Shown here piece after piece: positions 1-11,260 of a stretch of DNA of 64,000 nt. A model generated the notes under the pieces. That model did no database searches. It had not been told where the DNA came from and was given only the letters and a program-made list of their open reading frames with translations. Made by a program: the position numbers and the translations under genes. The stretch lies in the NCBI RefSeq assembly GCF_001194135.2, contig NC_068984.1, positions 49,739,009-49,803,008 of the forward strand, in the 5' to 3' direction. The DNA is from Octopus bimaculoides. Its lineage: Eukaryota. Positions within the stretch are counted from its first letter, which is position 1. Every line of letters starts with the position of its first letter.

Positions 1-1114
1 ACAGCTTTGTTATGTAATAGCTATCTAGCTGATATACCAACATGTTTGCTCATAAATCTTTGCATATCAGATAACTTATCAGCCTTTGGAAATACAGTGT
101 TTCGTGACAGCAAGTGTTAGAAACATTCGCATCTGTTAAATGTCTTACGTCGCTCATTAGAGATATTTGTTCAGCACTAATATATTAATTCAATTTTCTA
201 CAATGAGTATCTGTGAATTTAGACCTGCGCACACAAACATCCTTACAGGTATCAACTTCAGTGACACACGTGAAAATATGACGTCATGCTCATATTTGTA
301 TATGTGTTTAGTTATAAAAAGCCAAGAAACTGAGAAACAACACTGACCGCCCAGGTTTGACCGATATCATTTAAGCTATTCAATCACGTCTCGCTCAATG
401 CTCACGTAATGATTATTCTATTCTGTTCACTATTTATTTTACAAATCATTCAACAACAGAAATAGATTATCAGTCACCCTACACGTATGGTCATGGTTTT
501 AAAAGATGATAGAATGGTGATGATGAAGGGCAGTTCACAGGTTATGGTGACTATATTAAACTTCTTTCGGTTTTGCTAGTAATTTAATGTTGAGAGAGAA
601 TTCACTCACATGAAAATTGATTAATAACTTGAATGAATAAATAAAGCTAATTTTGAATCATTCATATTTCTGATTTTTGCAAAATATTAGGGAAAACAAG
701 AGAAAGCAATATAAAACTGTAGAAGGAAAACTAATTAAAATCATTGTACGCAACAGTGACAACTGTTAATACAGGAAATACGAGCTAATGATATCTATAG
801 GCCAGCAATTAGCGGTTAGAAAGTAAACAAACAAATATAGTGTTGTTAAAATGTGGAGATAGTGATGTTTATTGGTAGCTTCTGGAAGTATTAGACTATA
901 AAGCATTTGTCGGATTCCTGATCCAGCAATTCTGCTTACCTTTCGGACTTACGTTTTCTGACTAGTGTCTATAAAATTTTTAAAAGGGTACGTTTCACAA
1001 TGCTGACTTCCAGAATCATTTATGAAAAGCCGAAATGTGTTGTACTGATCCAACGGATTATTGACTACTCCACTAAGGAAGGAAGATTTTTTTTATTTAT
1101 TTATCAACTATTAA

Positions 1115-1328
1115 GAAGCTAGCGAGCTGGCAGAATCGATAACACACTGGGCACATGCTTAGCGGTATTTCGTCTATCCTTACATTCCGAGTTCAAATTC
1201 CGCCGAGGTCGACTTTGCCTTTCATCGTTTCGAGATCGATGACATAAGTACCAGTTACACACTGGGGTCGATGTAATCGACCATACTAAATCTCAAGCCG
1301 TGTGCCTATAATAGAAAGGCTTATTACT
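1115..1328 (+). mobile_element. tRNA-derived SINE, family B
   Basis: Head gcgagctggcagaatcg..gcttagcggtatttcgtc..gagttcaaattccgccgaggtcgactttgcctttcatc and tail gtgcctataatagaaagg..ttatt; matches many other copies in the window. Confidence 0.85.
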
Positions 1329-1550
1329 AAGGTAGTGAACTGGTAGAAACGTTAGCACGTCGGACAAAATGTTAAGCGGCATTTCGTCCGTCTTTACGCT
1401 CCGAGTTCAAATGCCGCCAATGTTGATTTTACATTTTATCTTTTCGGGGTCGATGAAAGAAGCACCAGCAGAACATCCGGATCTATGAAATCGACTAAAT
1501 CCGTCCCCCAAAATTTCAGGTCTTGTGCGTATAGTAGAACGGATTATCAA
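1329..1550 (+). mobile_element. SINE family B, second copy head-to-tail with the preceding one
   Basis: Same head, body and tail motifs (gagttcaaatgccgcc.., ggggtcgat.., aaatttcaggtcttgtgcgtatagtagaacggattat). Confidence 0.8.
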
Positions 1551-3021
1551 CACCATCATTATGATCGGGAGAGTAGAATAGCAGAAACAACATAATTTTC
1601 TCTTATTGCTTTACGAGTTCTAGCCAGTCGGCGTTGCCTGTCTTTCATTCCCGCTAGAATCGATAAAATGTAGCTGAATAATAAAATCTCTTTAGTAACC
1701 CATATTTATTTACGTAACAGTCAAAGTGTATATCAATACCAATACGTTATCTAACCCGGAGAGCATCGTTTTATGTGAAAAATTCTACTACCGTCTTTCG
1801 AACCATTGCATTTCCGATAATACAGTTAGTTATTCGACAGAATGCCTTTCGTTCCATCTGAGCACCCATTTATTCAACAGGACATCTGTCGTTCCAACCG
1901 ATAACACACTGTTCTACAGAAACACTCTTCATTCAAGCTGTCCGTTAGTTAATATTCGATCATTGATTTCGCAGTGGTTTACGAGAGCTAAATGCAAATA
2001 AATGTGTATTATGACTACAAAAAGACTCCGTTGGCATCCCTTTACCTTCGGAGTTAGCTTGATTTCTTAAAATCACTTCAGCTGATATTAATAATAATCT
2101 CAATATTAACAGCATTTATATATCGTAAATAAATGTTTAGGTTTATTTGTCTTGTTTTGTCTTTTTCTTTTTTTAACCGACTAACAGTTTATGATCGGGA
2201 ATATGCGTCATTCAATGACTGGCCTATTGATTTCAGAGACAGAATTAGTAGTTGTGGTGTTGATGCCTTTCTAAATACCAGTCATTAACGGATAAGTGAA
2301 ATAGCTACTATCAGGAATCGAATCCACATTGCAGAGTCGACTGTCTATTAGGCAGTACTTGTTACGTTGTAATGCCGTTATTTTATTTTGACCATCGATG
2401 AGGGTGAAAATCCATTCAAACCAGATACGCCTGGAACTCAGAATGAAGAAGGACGGGAGCATTAAGTCAAGATGTCACTCTTTCTGCCAGCTGTCCTCTC
2501 AGGTATACATGTTTAAAGTAAACAATAGAGTTTTTAAATGATAACACTGTGGACATAATAACAGACTATTAATTTATTGAACTGAATTGTTCCATATGAC
2601 AACCTGATGAACAGTCTAATACTGCTTTCATACTGCTGACTGACATAAGGTAATCAAAATCAATTTGCATATGAGATATACCCAACCACCTCTCTCTCCC
2701 TTTCAGTTGATGTGCGTTTTCCATCAATTACCTTTTTGATGTTCGACTATTCATAATTGTCAGCATTTCAGTGTCACTTATTGTAGTCTTATCATGCCAT
2801 GATATGTTTCTCGATTATGTCAAACAGTCGCTTTATTACTCATCGCAGTCAGTGGATTGGCATAATCGTTAGATCGTCGATTAGAAGGCTTTGTTATATT
2901 CATTCCAACTCCCTGAATTACGAGTTCAAATCCTGCCAAGATCAACTATTTTTCTTTATCTTTTATAAAATACTAGTCCAGCAGCAGAATCATTCTTCTC
3001 TCTCAAGAAAGTCAAGCCTTT

Positions 3022-3140
3022 CACATTGTGTCACGCTGATTTCGTCTAAGGGTACTCATATCCGTGGAACACTCAGCCGCTTACACGTGAATTTCACGAG
3101 CAAAACTTAAGTTGATCGAACAAGGGAATCTTCATCATCG
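3022..3140 (+). mobile_element. Diverged 3' fragment of SINE family A
   Basis: tgtgtcacgctga..aagggtac..cagccgcttacacgtgaatttcacgagca aligns by eye to the family A body at 45105-45200. Confidence 0.6.
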
Positions 3141-3339
3141 AGATCGATGAAGAATAAACAAAAACTTAGAGCTATTTGCAACATCAATGAACGTTTTATT
3201 TACAGTTTCCTGAAAAGACCCGTAGGCGCCTACGGGTATCTATGGCTTTCGTCTCCCTGCGATATTTATTAACGTACGTCCATTAGAGATATTATCTCAG
3301 GACAAATACCACAGTAACTGGCCAATCGACAGTGTATGT

Positions 3340-3389
<50 letters not shown>

Positions 3390-3718
3390 NNNNNNNNNNN
3401 NNNNNNNNNNNNNNNNNNNNNNNNNNNNNNNNNNNNNNNNNNNNNNNNNNNNNNNNNNNNNNNNNNNNNNNNNNNNNNNNNNNNNNNNNNNNNNNNNNNN
3501 NNNNNNNNNNNNNNNNNNNNNNNNNNNNNNNNNNNNNNNNNNNNNNNNNNNNNNNNNNNNNNNNNNNNNNNNNNNNNNNNNNNNNNNNNNNNNNNNNNNN
3601 NNNNNNNNNNNNNNNNNNNNNNNNNNNNNNNNNNNNNNNNNNNNNNNNNNNNNNNNNNNNNNNNNNNNNNNNNNNNNNNNNNNNNNNNNNNNNNNNNATA
3701 CATACACACACACACACA

Positions 3719-4439
3719 TACAGGGTCCGCTATAAGTAACTATATATTTTCTTTTGCTTGTAACTTTGTTGATACTTATTCAATTTTTCTATTTCATATG
3801 TCATTTGAAAGCTGAACTCTTATATTTTTATTTCTCCCCCCCCCCCCTATTTCAGATATACTGTTATAGCGATTATGTCCACCCGATTAACAAAAGAGCA
3901 AAATATTGCGGTTTTGAAATGGTTCTGCACAAAGTTATCTGGCAGCTCGAATTTGTTCCTTAAGTTCAGCAATGTTGCGGGGCTTTGTTTAGTAGACTTT
4001 CTCCTTGAGAACGCACCACAGGAAAAAGTCGGGTGGGGTCAAATCCGGTGAACGAGACGGCCACTTAAGCGGTCATCGCCTGCCAATCCATCGACAAGGC
4101 AGGTTGGCGTCCAGCCAGTCTCGCACAAGCGTAGCATAATGGACCGGTGCACAGTCCTGCTAAAAGTACAGACCCTCTGCTCCGTCCTGCTGTTATAAAA
4201 ACGGCAAAAGCAGCTTCTGTAGCATAGCCAGATAACTTTGTGCAGAACCATTTCAAAACTGCAATCTTTTGCTCTTTTGTTAATCGGGTGGACATAATCG
4301 ATATAACAGTATATCTGAAACAAGGGGGAGGGGGGGAGAACGAAAAATATAAGATTTCAGCTTTCAAATGACATATGAAATAGAAAAATTGAATAAGTAT
4401 CAACAAAGTTACAAGCAAAGGAAAATATATATAGTTACT
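3719..4439 (-). mobile_element. Internally deleted Tc1/mariner-superfamily element with ~210-bp inverted arms (3735-3943 and 4227-4439) and a DDE transposase remnant
   Basis: Left end TA-CAGGGTCCGCTATAAGTAACT. Minus-strand translation of 3944-4195 gives LYF*QDCAPVHYATLVRDWLDANLPCRWIGRR*PLKWPSRSPDLTPPDFFLWCVLKEKVY*TKPRNIAELKEQIRAA, the Tc1/mariner QDGAP.H and WP.RSPDLTP.DFFLW motifs with stops. The arms are reverse complements. Confidence 0.9.
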
Positions 4440-6252
4440 CTATATATATCGTTACTGTATATATATCGTAGCTGTTATGCAAAAGTGTAAGTCCAAAACG
4501 TTGCTTTTTCAGAAAAGGAAAAAACATAGTTACCATTCCATAGCAAAACCGTTGTACTGCACTTTGACATTTTTTAATATCTTGGCATCTGAAGTAGCTG
4601 GAAATGCGACAGTTTGACCAAAAGAGCTGGCTATTGCTAGCAAAAATAAATATTGAAAAAAAAAACAAAAAAAAAACGCTTTTGGCCAAACTTGGACATA
4701 CAACAGTTTAACATAATACCAACGATATATATATNNNNNNNNNNNNNNNNNNNNNNNNNNNNNNNNNNNNNNNNNNNNNNNNNNNNNNNNNNNNNNNNNN
4801 NNNNNNNNNNNNNNNNNNNNNNNNNNNNNNNNNNNNNNNNNNNNNNNNNNNNNNNNNNNNNNNNNNNNNNNNNNNNNNNNNNNNNNNNNNNNNNNNNNNN
4901 NNNNNNNNNNNNNNNNNNNNNNNNNNNNNCAATGGTTTCGTGTGTGATGTTCCTATAGGAACAAACAGTCATGATTACAGGGATATCCAGCAACTGAGGC
5001 TGTCGATTATTTAAAATAAATTTAAATGCTTGTAACTTTGAAATTATTTTTTTTAAAAATGCGATTTTCGTCATCAAAACTATAACAGAACTATTTTTAA
5101 GTATAATTTGGTGAAATTTTGAAAAAAATTCAAGTGGGAAGAAATATAACAAGATCCCTAAAAAAATGTTAGGGCCTTTCTATGCATCCAGCGCCCTCAT
5201 AATACTCGCTTAACATTTGGTGTTACCTTGTATTCTTACAACGCTTCAAGGGGGTGCTAATACTTAGAGTAAAAACTGATTTTACATCTCGACTTAATAA
5301 TTTTATAGATTTTTAAGCATAAAACAGGAGATACTAGAGAGTATAGATTAAATGCAAAGTGCTTCTCTCTACCATTTGTGCCATGTCTACTTGCATAAAG
5401 AAACCGACAACAAATGTTAGAACTTTGTTAGTTTGTTAACCTTACATATTTGTTATATATAAATAGTACGTCTTCTAAGAAACTATAAATAAAATAGCTT
5501 GTCAGTAAGCGTGGCGTGGGTTGTGTGAGGAGGTAGTTTTAGGCGCTAGGGAATTATGTATTGGGTAGGCATGCGCAGAGAAGTTGGTATGTTTGGCTGT
5601 TTACGGATAGAGAAAGAGAGAGAACTATGTGTGAGTTATGTGCGTGGGGCGATGTGTGAGCAGCTGCGACTACTGTCAGGACACCCAGAAATTGTGCTTT
5701 CATCTATCAGTGTAACTTGGCACCCTTCATTATAAAAGGGGGAAGCCTCTAGGCGACCGATCGACTTGCGTGTACTACAATCTTATAAAAGGAACGACTC
5801 TCTGGATGATGCAGTCCCAGGTACTTTATGGCTCGACGACTAAAAGATATGATCGTTATGGCTGAACGTCTTCTATCATGACAACAAATACCTTATTTTT
5901 TTTTATAGATAATTTTAAAATGTGAAACTATAGTGATGTAAGTTATCTTGCTTCAGATTTAAAGCAAAATATCCAGAATTATACAGTTAAACAAACAGAA
6001 CTGAATCGAGACATTGACTGAATAACGTAGCGTAACATTCTACTTGATTACACAAGTTTGATTTTATTTCTTTTTATAATTCACCTCGCTTGCTTTCCAT
6101 GTGTAGACAATTATTTATTTGTTTTTGCTTGTTTTATTGAAAAACACAAAAGTGTTTCGCTTTTGTACTTCCCTTTACACACAACTCAGATTTAAAGGAA
6201 TATAAATATAAGCATTCCAAATTTCTCTTTCTTTCTGAATATATATATATAT

Positions 6253-6590
6253 ATTTTACTTGTCTGTCATTTTGACTGAACAAATCGACTCCAGGACAGT
6301 CTTTATAAGTGTAGTACTTATTCTATCGGTCTCTTTTACTGAATCGCTAAGTTACGGGAACGTGAACACACCAACACCGGTTGTCAAACGATAGTGGTGG
6401 GGGACAAACAAAGACACACAAACATATATACGACGGGCTTCTTTCACTTTCCGTCTACCAAATCCACTCACAAGGCTTTGGTCGGCCCGAGGCTACAGAA
6501 AACACTTGCCCAAAGTTCCACGCAGTGAGACTGAACCCGGAACCATGAGGTTGGGAATCAAACTTCTTGCCACACAGTCATTCCTGCGCC
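6253..6590 (-). mobile_element. tRNA-derived SINE, family C
   Basis: Reverse complement begins ggcgcaggaatgactgtgtggcaagaag..catggttccgggttcagtc (A/B-box-like head). Body matches the copy at 31668-32058. Confidence 0.9.
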
Positions 6591-7789
6591 TAATATATTC
6601 AACGCCATCAACAACTATTTCACTTTTATTTGTTGAAGTGTTCTGACGGAAACAGATGTCACTATAAAATAACTATTTTAGAAAAATTTGGCAGTCTTAA
6701 TACAGTAAAATAATTATAAAATGGTGAAGGAATGAGATATATATTTCACATTCATTATGAATAGGAACAAATACGATAGAACTAACGATGGTCTGTAATT
6801 TGCAAATAATAAGTATAAAAGTTTGAGAATTTTACGTAAAATTGTTGATGAGCTTTAACCGCGTCTTTTTGACTTCAAATACATTTCTCATTCATATGCA
6901 CATCGAAAAAGCTCTATAACTGTAACGTGATCTCAGTGGTTGGAATTAACAGCAAGTCCGTCTAATGCAGATATTACTAAACCTTATGGCACACTACAGT
7001 TAAGAGACTGATTCACAAAGTATTTAATAGTGGTGCAATTCAATGGAGCGCTTTGACAGAAGAAGAAGAAAAAAAAAAAGACCAGGCAGTCAGATTGTCA
7101 AATCAAATTCGGTCAAAACTTTTTTAAATTCCAAATGCAACGACATACTTTCACCTAAGTCGCTATCAATGATGGAACATTGGACCAGATTTGGGTAGAT
7201 CTGGCTTTATGAATATCATAATGGTTTCTAAGAAGAGAAATATAGATGAAAAATGATTTGTCAGTATGTCACGAACTTGTACGGGATATTTGATTGTCTT
7301 AATTTAATCTTGTATAGTCAATTAAATTAAGACCAGTAGATACCCGGTAATCTTAACCGATTTATGAAGCTAAATATAGAATAATTGAGCACGCTAATCA
7401 TCTATAAGAACTGCTTCTTTATCCAAGTTTTTGACGGTATAATAGCGATTAATTACTAACATCAATAAGGAGAGAATGGCATCTTGCTTCATTAAACCAC
7501 CAACATTTCTAACCAACCCAATCTAAAAAAACTACGAGTTATTCTCATTTCAAGCAACTACCAGTAATATGAAATCGAATTCTTATTACCGCAACAAATC
7601 TAGCTTCATATACTTTTGCTCGACTATTATATTACCACTGACAGTACTACCACAACTGCCACAATATAAAAACTGTTTTGCAGAAATAATTTGAGCATCA
7701 GCGTTTCCCTGAGACTTGTGGTTCAACTGTGGATTCTTTTGGTCACCACTTATTGTCATGCCATTATAGTGCCGGCCATCTTGCACGTC

Positions 7790-8235
7790 ATGCTGTTCTC
7801 AATCAGACGCAGACTTCCCCTTCTAGCTCAAGCCAGCGGGCTGGACTGAAAAAACGGCAAAAGGCAGGATGACATAATTTTCCCGTTCAGCGGTGGTAGG
7901 TGCCTTATCTGGGATGCCACACGTTGGGACACTTTCTCCATCGGCAACCTGGTGTGTTCAGCTGCCAACTCAGGATTCGCTGCTCATCAAGCCGAGAAGG
8001 GCTAATAGCTAATAGTCAAAGTATCGGCCGCTCTCTGACAGATTTTTAACCAAATGGAGTCCTTCGACTCTCTTGCCCCCGAACTGCATCTCTGCTTGCT
8101 GCTATCGGGGTAGAGATGGCTACTATTAGCAAGTGCGAGCCCCGTGCGCTGGAGTGACTGCTCCAATGCATCTCACTCGTCATCCTCTGGTGCAACGCCT
8201 TTTTAGTTTTGCCCGGCGGGACCATGAGGCGAGTT
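7790..8235 (+). mobile_element. Degenerate C-terminal fragment (restriction-like endonuclease region) of a CRE-like non-LTR retrotransposon
   Basis: Plus-strand translation GLD*KNGKRQDDIIFPFSGGRCLIWDATRWDTFSIGNLVCSAANSGFAAHQAEKG resembles the G.D..DGKRPDG.T..P...G..L.WD.T..DT...A..AE..K motif of CRE-clade elements. Stops and frameshifts are present. Confidence 0.7.
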
Positions 8236-9131
8236 GACAAGTCTTACGTCTCTTAAGTACAATGTCTTTTAGCACAATAGTCTATAATATGATGCTCATT
8301 GTGATGGGATTAAGCAGCTGAAAGAGACATGAAATCAGTTTTAAGATATCGGGAAGTAAAGTGAAGAGGAGGTTGTCTGAAATCACTCCACAACGGCGGC
8401 AACAGAGTTCCATTCTTAACAAGTCTACTGCCGAGTTGAAAGTATGCTTGATTCATTGTGTGGGCGCCAACATTGATAAATGAAAGGGGAAAATTTGAAC
8501 CTGTTGACATTTGATGTCAAAGTAGAGGAGTGCCATTCTCTATAGTTCGTTATAAAGCTGATACCCTATAATAACAATATCTACAATTTCCAGTTGTGAC
8601 ATACGGTAGAGGTCAGGTTTATTCGACTGTATCGATCCCGGCAAAGAAGAATGGCAAAGAAGAATGGCAAAGCCAGTCCCAGTGTAATTTGAATTCAAAA
8701 TGAATTAATATCGGAACACATTTAGTAAGAGTAAGGTATTCTATCGGTTCAGTCATGCATTGTCATTAATAACAGCATGCATAATAATATCGGAAAACAA
8801 CCAAAAATTTGTGGGGAGAGGTACAGTGGTTTGTATCGGTTTCGGAGAGATGAAAAGAAAAAGTCGACAACAGCGGGATTTAAAGTTAGATTATGAAAGG
8901 ATCTAGCTAAATACGCCGAAAACATTTTGTAACACTTTTTTGATTCAACCATCCTCTACCAATAGCGCATTAAAAAACAAATTTTACATGGGGCCCGTTT
9001 TCTGATATATACAAGATATAAGAGAAACTGGAAGATTATAACAAGAGGAACAAAGCGAAATTTCATAAATGTGTTAAAATGGAACATTATAAAGAATATT
9101 TCAAAGCAAAACAAAGTGTAGCAATAGCAAC

Positions 9132-9163
<32 letters not shown>

Positions 9164-9167
9164 TTAC

Positions 9168-9633
9168 CTATGTAGACAGGTGCCGTCCGAACTGATAAGT
9201 TCTCATCCAAGTAAGTTACTCCGAGTGTATAAAGAGGAGAAGCACCGGCCCCGTGTAGTAACTGACCGAAAAAGAACAAGTATTTGTAGTTCGATAAGGT
9301 CTTCACTGATTCGCCCATAATACAGTGAAGAACACTAGTAGCGTTCGATAACGAAGTCTCTGTACATACATTCTGTGTGGTAACATATTTATAGTTGCCG
9401 CTGAGGAAGTGTGGTAAACTGAACATAAATGATCCGATACCCATGACAAAAACCCCGATACCTAGATAACGAGGTTTCCGACCAAGTCCTCCAAAGTAGC
9501 TAATTGGTATAAGACACACAACCGATGCTATATCGTAGCAGCTTGCAATTGTTCCCGATTCTGTACTCGACAAGTCGTAGCGCCGTTCGATATTTGAAAT
9601 GACCACATTTACAAAACCATTCACCACCATACC
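9168..9633 (-). CDS. SLCO4A1-like: Internal coding exon (466 nt, phase 0 start, phase 1 end) of a solute carrier organic anion transporter (OATP/SLCO family, most similar to SLCO4A1-type)
   Basis: Translation GMVVNGFVNVVISNIERRYDLSSTESGTIASCYDIASVVCLIPISYFGG..KPRYLG.G...MG.GS..FSLPHF...GQLLHGAGASPLYTLGVTYLDEN...PVYI matches OATP TM1-TM4 motifs (ERRF/YDL, SYFG, LPHF, G.G..P..TLG..Y.DEN). On the minus strand a polypyrimidine tract plus ttaacAG precedes 9633, and a GTAAAT donor follows 9168. Subfamily assignment is from memory of the SLCO4A1 sequence. Confidence 0.95.
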
Positions 9634-9949
9634 CTGTTAACGAGAAAAAAAAAAAAAGGCAAGAAAATCAGATTCAAACAAATGAAAACAGTGTTAAATA
9701 TTAGTCCTCTTTTGACCGAGGACAAACAATCCTATATAATATTGGACACTGCATGGCATTTATATATTTTCTAAAATAATGCTATCGTAAATTTTTGAAA
9801 TGAAGACTGTAACAACCTTAGTTTTGGTGTATTTATTTTCATATACGATTCATTTATATTTTACTTCGCAATTTGGGAAATAACGACGTCGTTGCTTATG
9901 TTTCCAGCTAGTTCACTGCATTTATGACAAGTGGTACAACTCGGTGAAT

Positions 9950-10165
9950 TTATTCGAAAGCACAGGCTTATCAGTTTTTTCACTGATAAACATACATTAC
10001 ACACACACACACACACACACGACAGTTTATATTACACAAATTTTACTCAGAAGGTAGAAGGTCAGCTCGAAGCTATGACAAAATACTCCCACCCAGTGCC
10101 CTGCAGTGGAATCGAACTCAGAAATGCGTAGTTGCAAAGCAAAGCTCTTAATCGCAAAGTCATAC
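9950..10165 (-). mobile_element. Old, diverged SINE family C copy with internal (CA)n
   Basis: cagtggaatcgaactcagaaatgcgtagttgcaaagcaaagctcttaatc resembles the reverse-complement family C head; ggtcagctcgaagctat resembles the body. Confidence 0.55.
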
Positions 10166-10745
10166 TAGAAACTTACCTTTTTCTTTGGGGATGAAACCTC
10201 AGACGAACAACTTGATCCGAAATCAACAAACATTTCTCACGGTATACAAACTTAAGCAAATTTAAGAAAATTACTAAATAGTTTTGACGATGCAGAACAC
10301 ACACACACACACACACAAGTTCTCCATTTCACCATACACTTAACTGCTAACATTTTATTTTCTTACTTCGATATAAGGGCGCACATGAACAAAAGGTAGC
10401 ATACACTAATGACTAAACTCTGGTACAGAACTGATACTGCTTTGACTGGCTCGAATTTCTTCATAATTTACAGCTATAGCTTAAATGTAAACTTACTTTT
10501 GTACATAAGATGTAACCATTAATTTCAAAGATGTGTATAGAATTTCACGTTGAGACAGGTATAAGTGAGGTTCATATCTTTTTCAAGATCGTTAGAAATG
10601 CAACTGAATGGAAATTGTTGCAGACAGTTGAAATTCGAAGCCGAGTCACCCGAGAGTCACTGAATGCTTTATTCGTATTAATTTTAAACATACGTTTCTT
10701 TTGATTTGGCATAAATATTTCATTATGTTTACTGTTTATATTTGT

Positions 10746-11011
10746 CGGGCTGGTGGTCTCATCTTGATTACTGATTTTACTACGTTTCGGCTGTTGTACG
10801 GTCCAGTATTCTTCAGGTGATTTTTGTGTTGAACTCAGTTGTATCAGGATTTAGAACCTATCCACAGAAATACAACTGTTCTCATTCCGCGCTCTGCATT
10901 TGGTGACATTTTTGCTTCAGTTGATTTTTTGTGAATTACCTTGGAAAAAGCTGGAGCGTACAACAGCCGAAACGTTGTGAAAGCAACTATCAAGATTAGG
11001 ACCCCAGTCCG
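10746..11011. mobile_element. Inverted-repeat element (arms ~10746-10822 and ~10933-11011) resembling inverted Penelope-like pseudo-LTR ends with hammerhead-core-like motifs
   Basis: Arms are imperfect reverse complements. The minus strand of the left arm reads CTGAAGA-atactggaccgtacaacagc-CGAAACG; the right arm reads ttggaaaaagctggagcgtacaacagcCGAAACG. Confidence 0.55.
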
Positions 11012-11260
11012 TCTAATATAAAAGAATACAGAGTATCAGTTCCTCATCTTAGAAATATCGAACTGTATTTCATATTTCAACGGGAGGAACTAAAAGTGAA
11101 TCCTTCCTTGATATGTGAAAAGGATCCTCCTCCGAGGAGCATCTTCCAATTTGTATGCGCGTTCGTAACTAGCAGGTTCTTTCATAATCAGTCTGTAGAG
11201 GGAGAAAAAATCGTTAAATGGTTGCTTTGTGTCATTTGTCGTTCCTTCTACTTTTGTATT

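Noticed and set aside
8956-9630. Treating the 224-aa ORF as a complete single-exon gene
   Set aside because: The Met is internal to OATP TM1, a canonical acceptor lies 3 nt upstream, and similarity stops exactly at a GT donor (9167).
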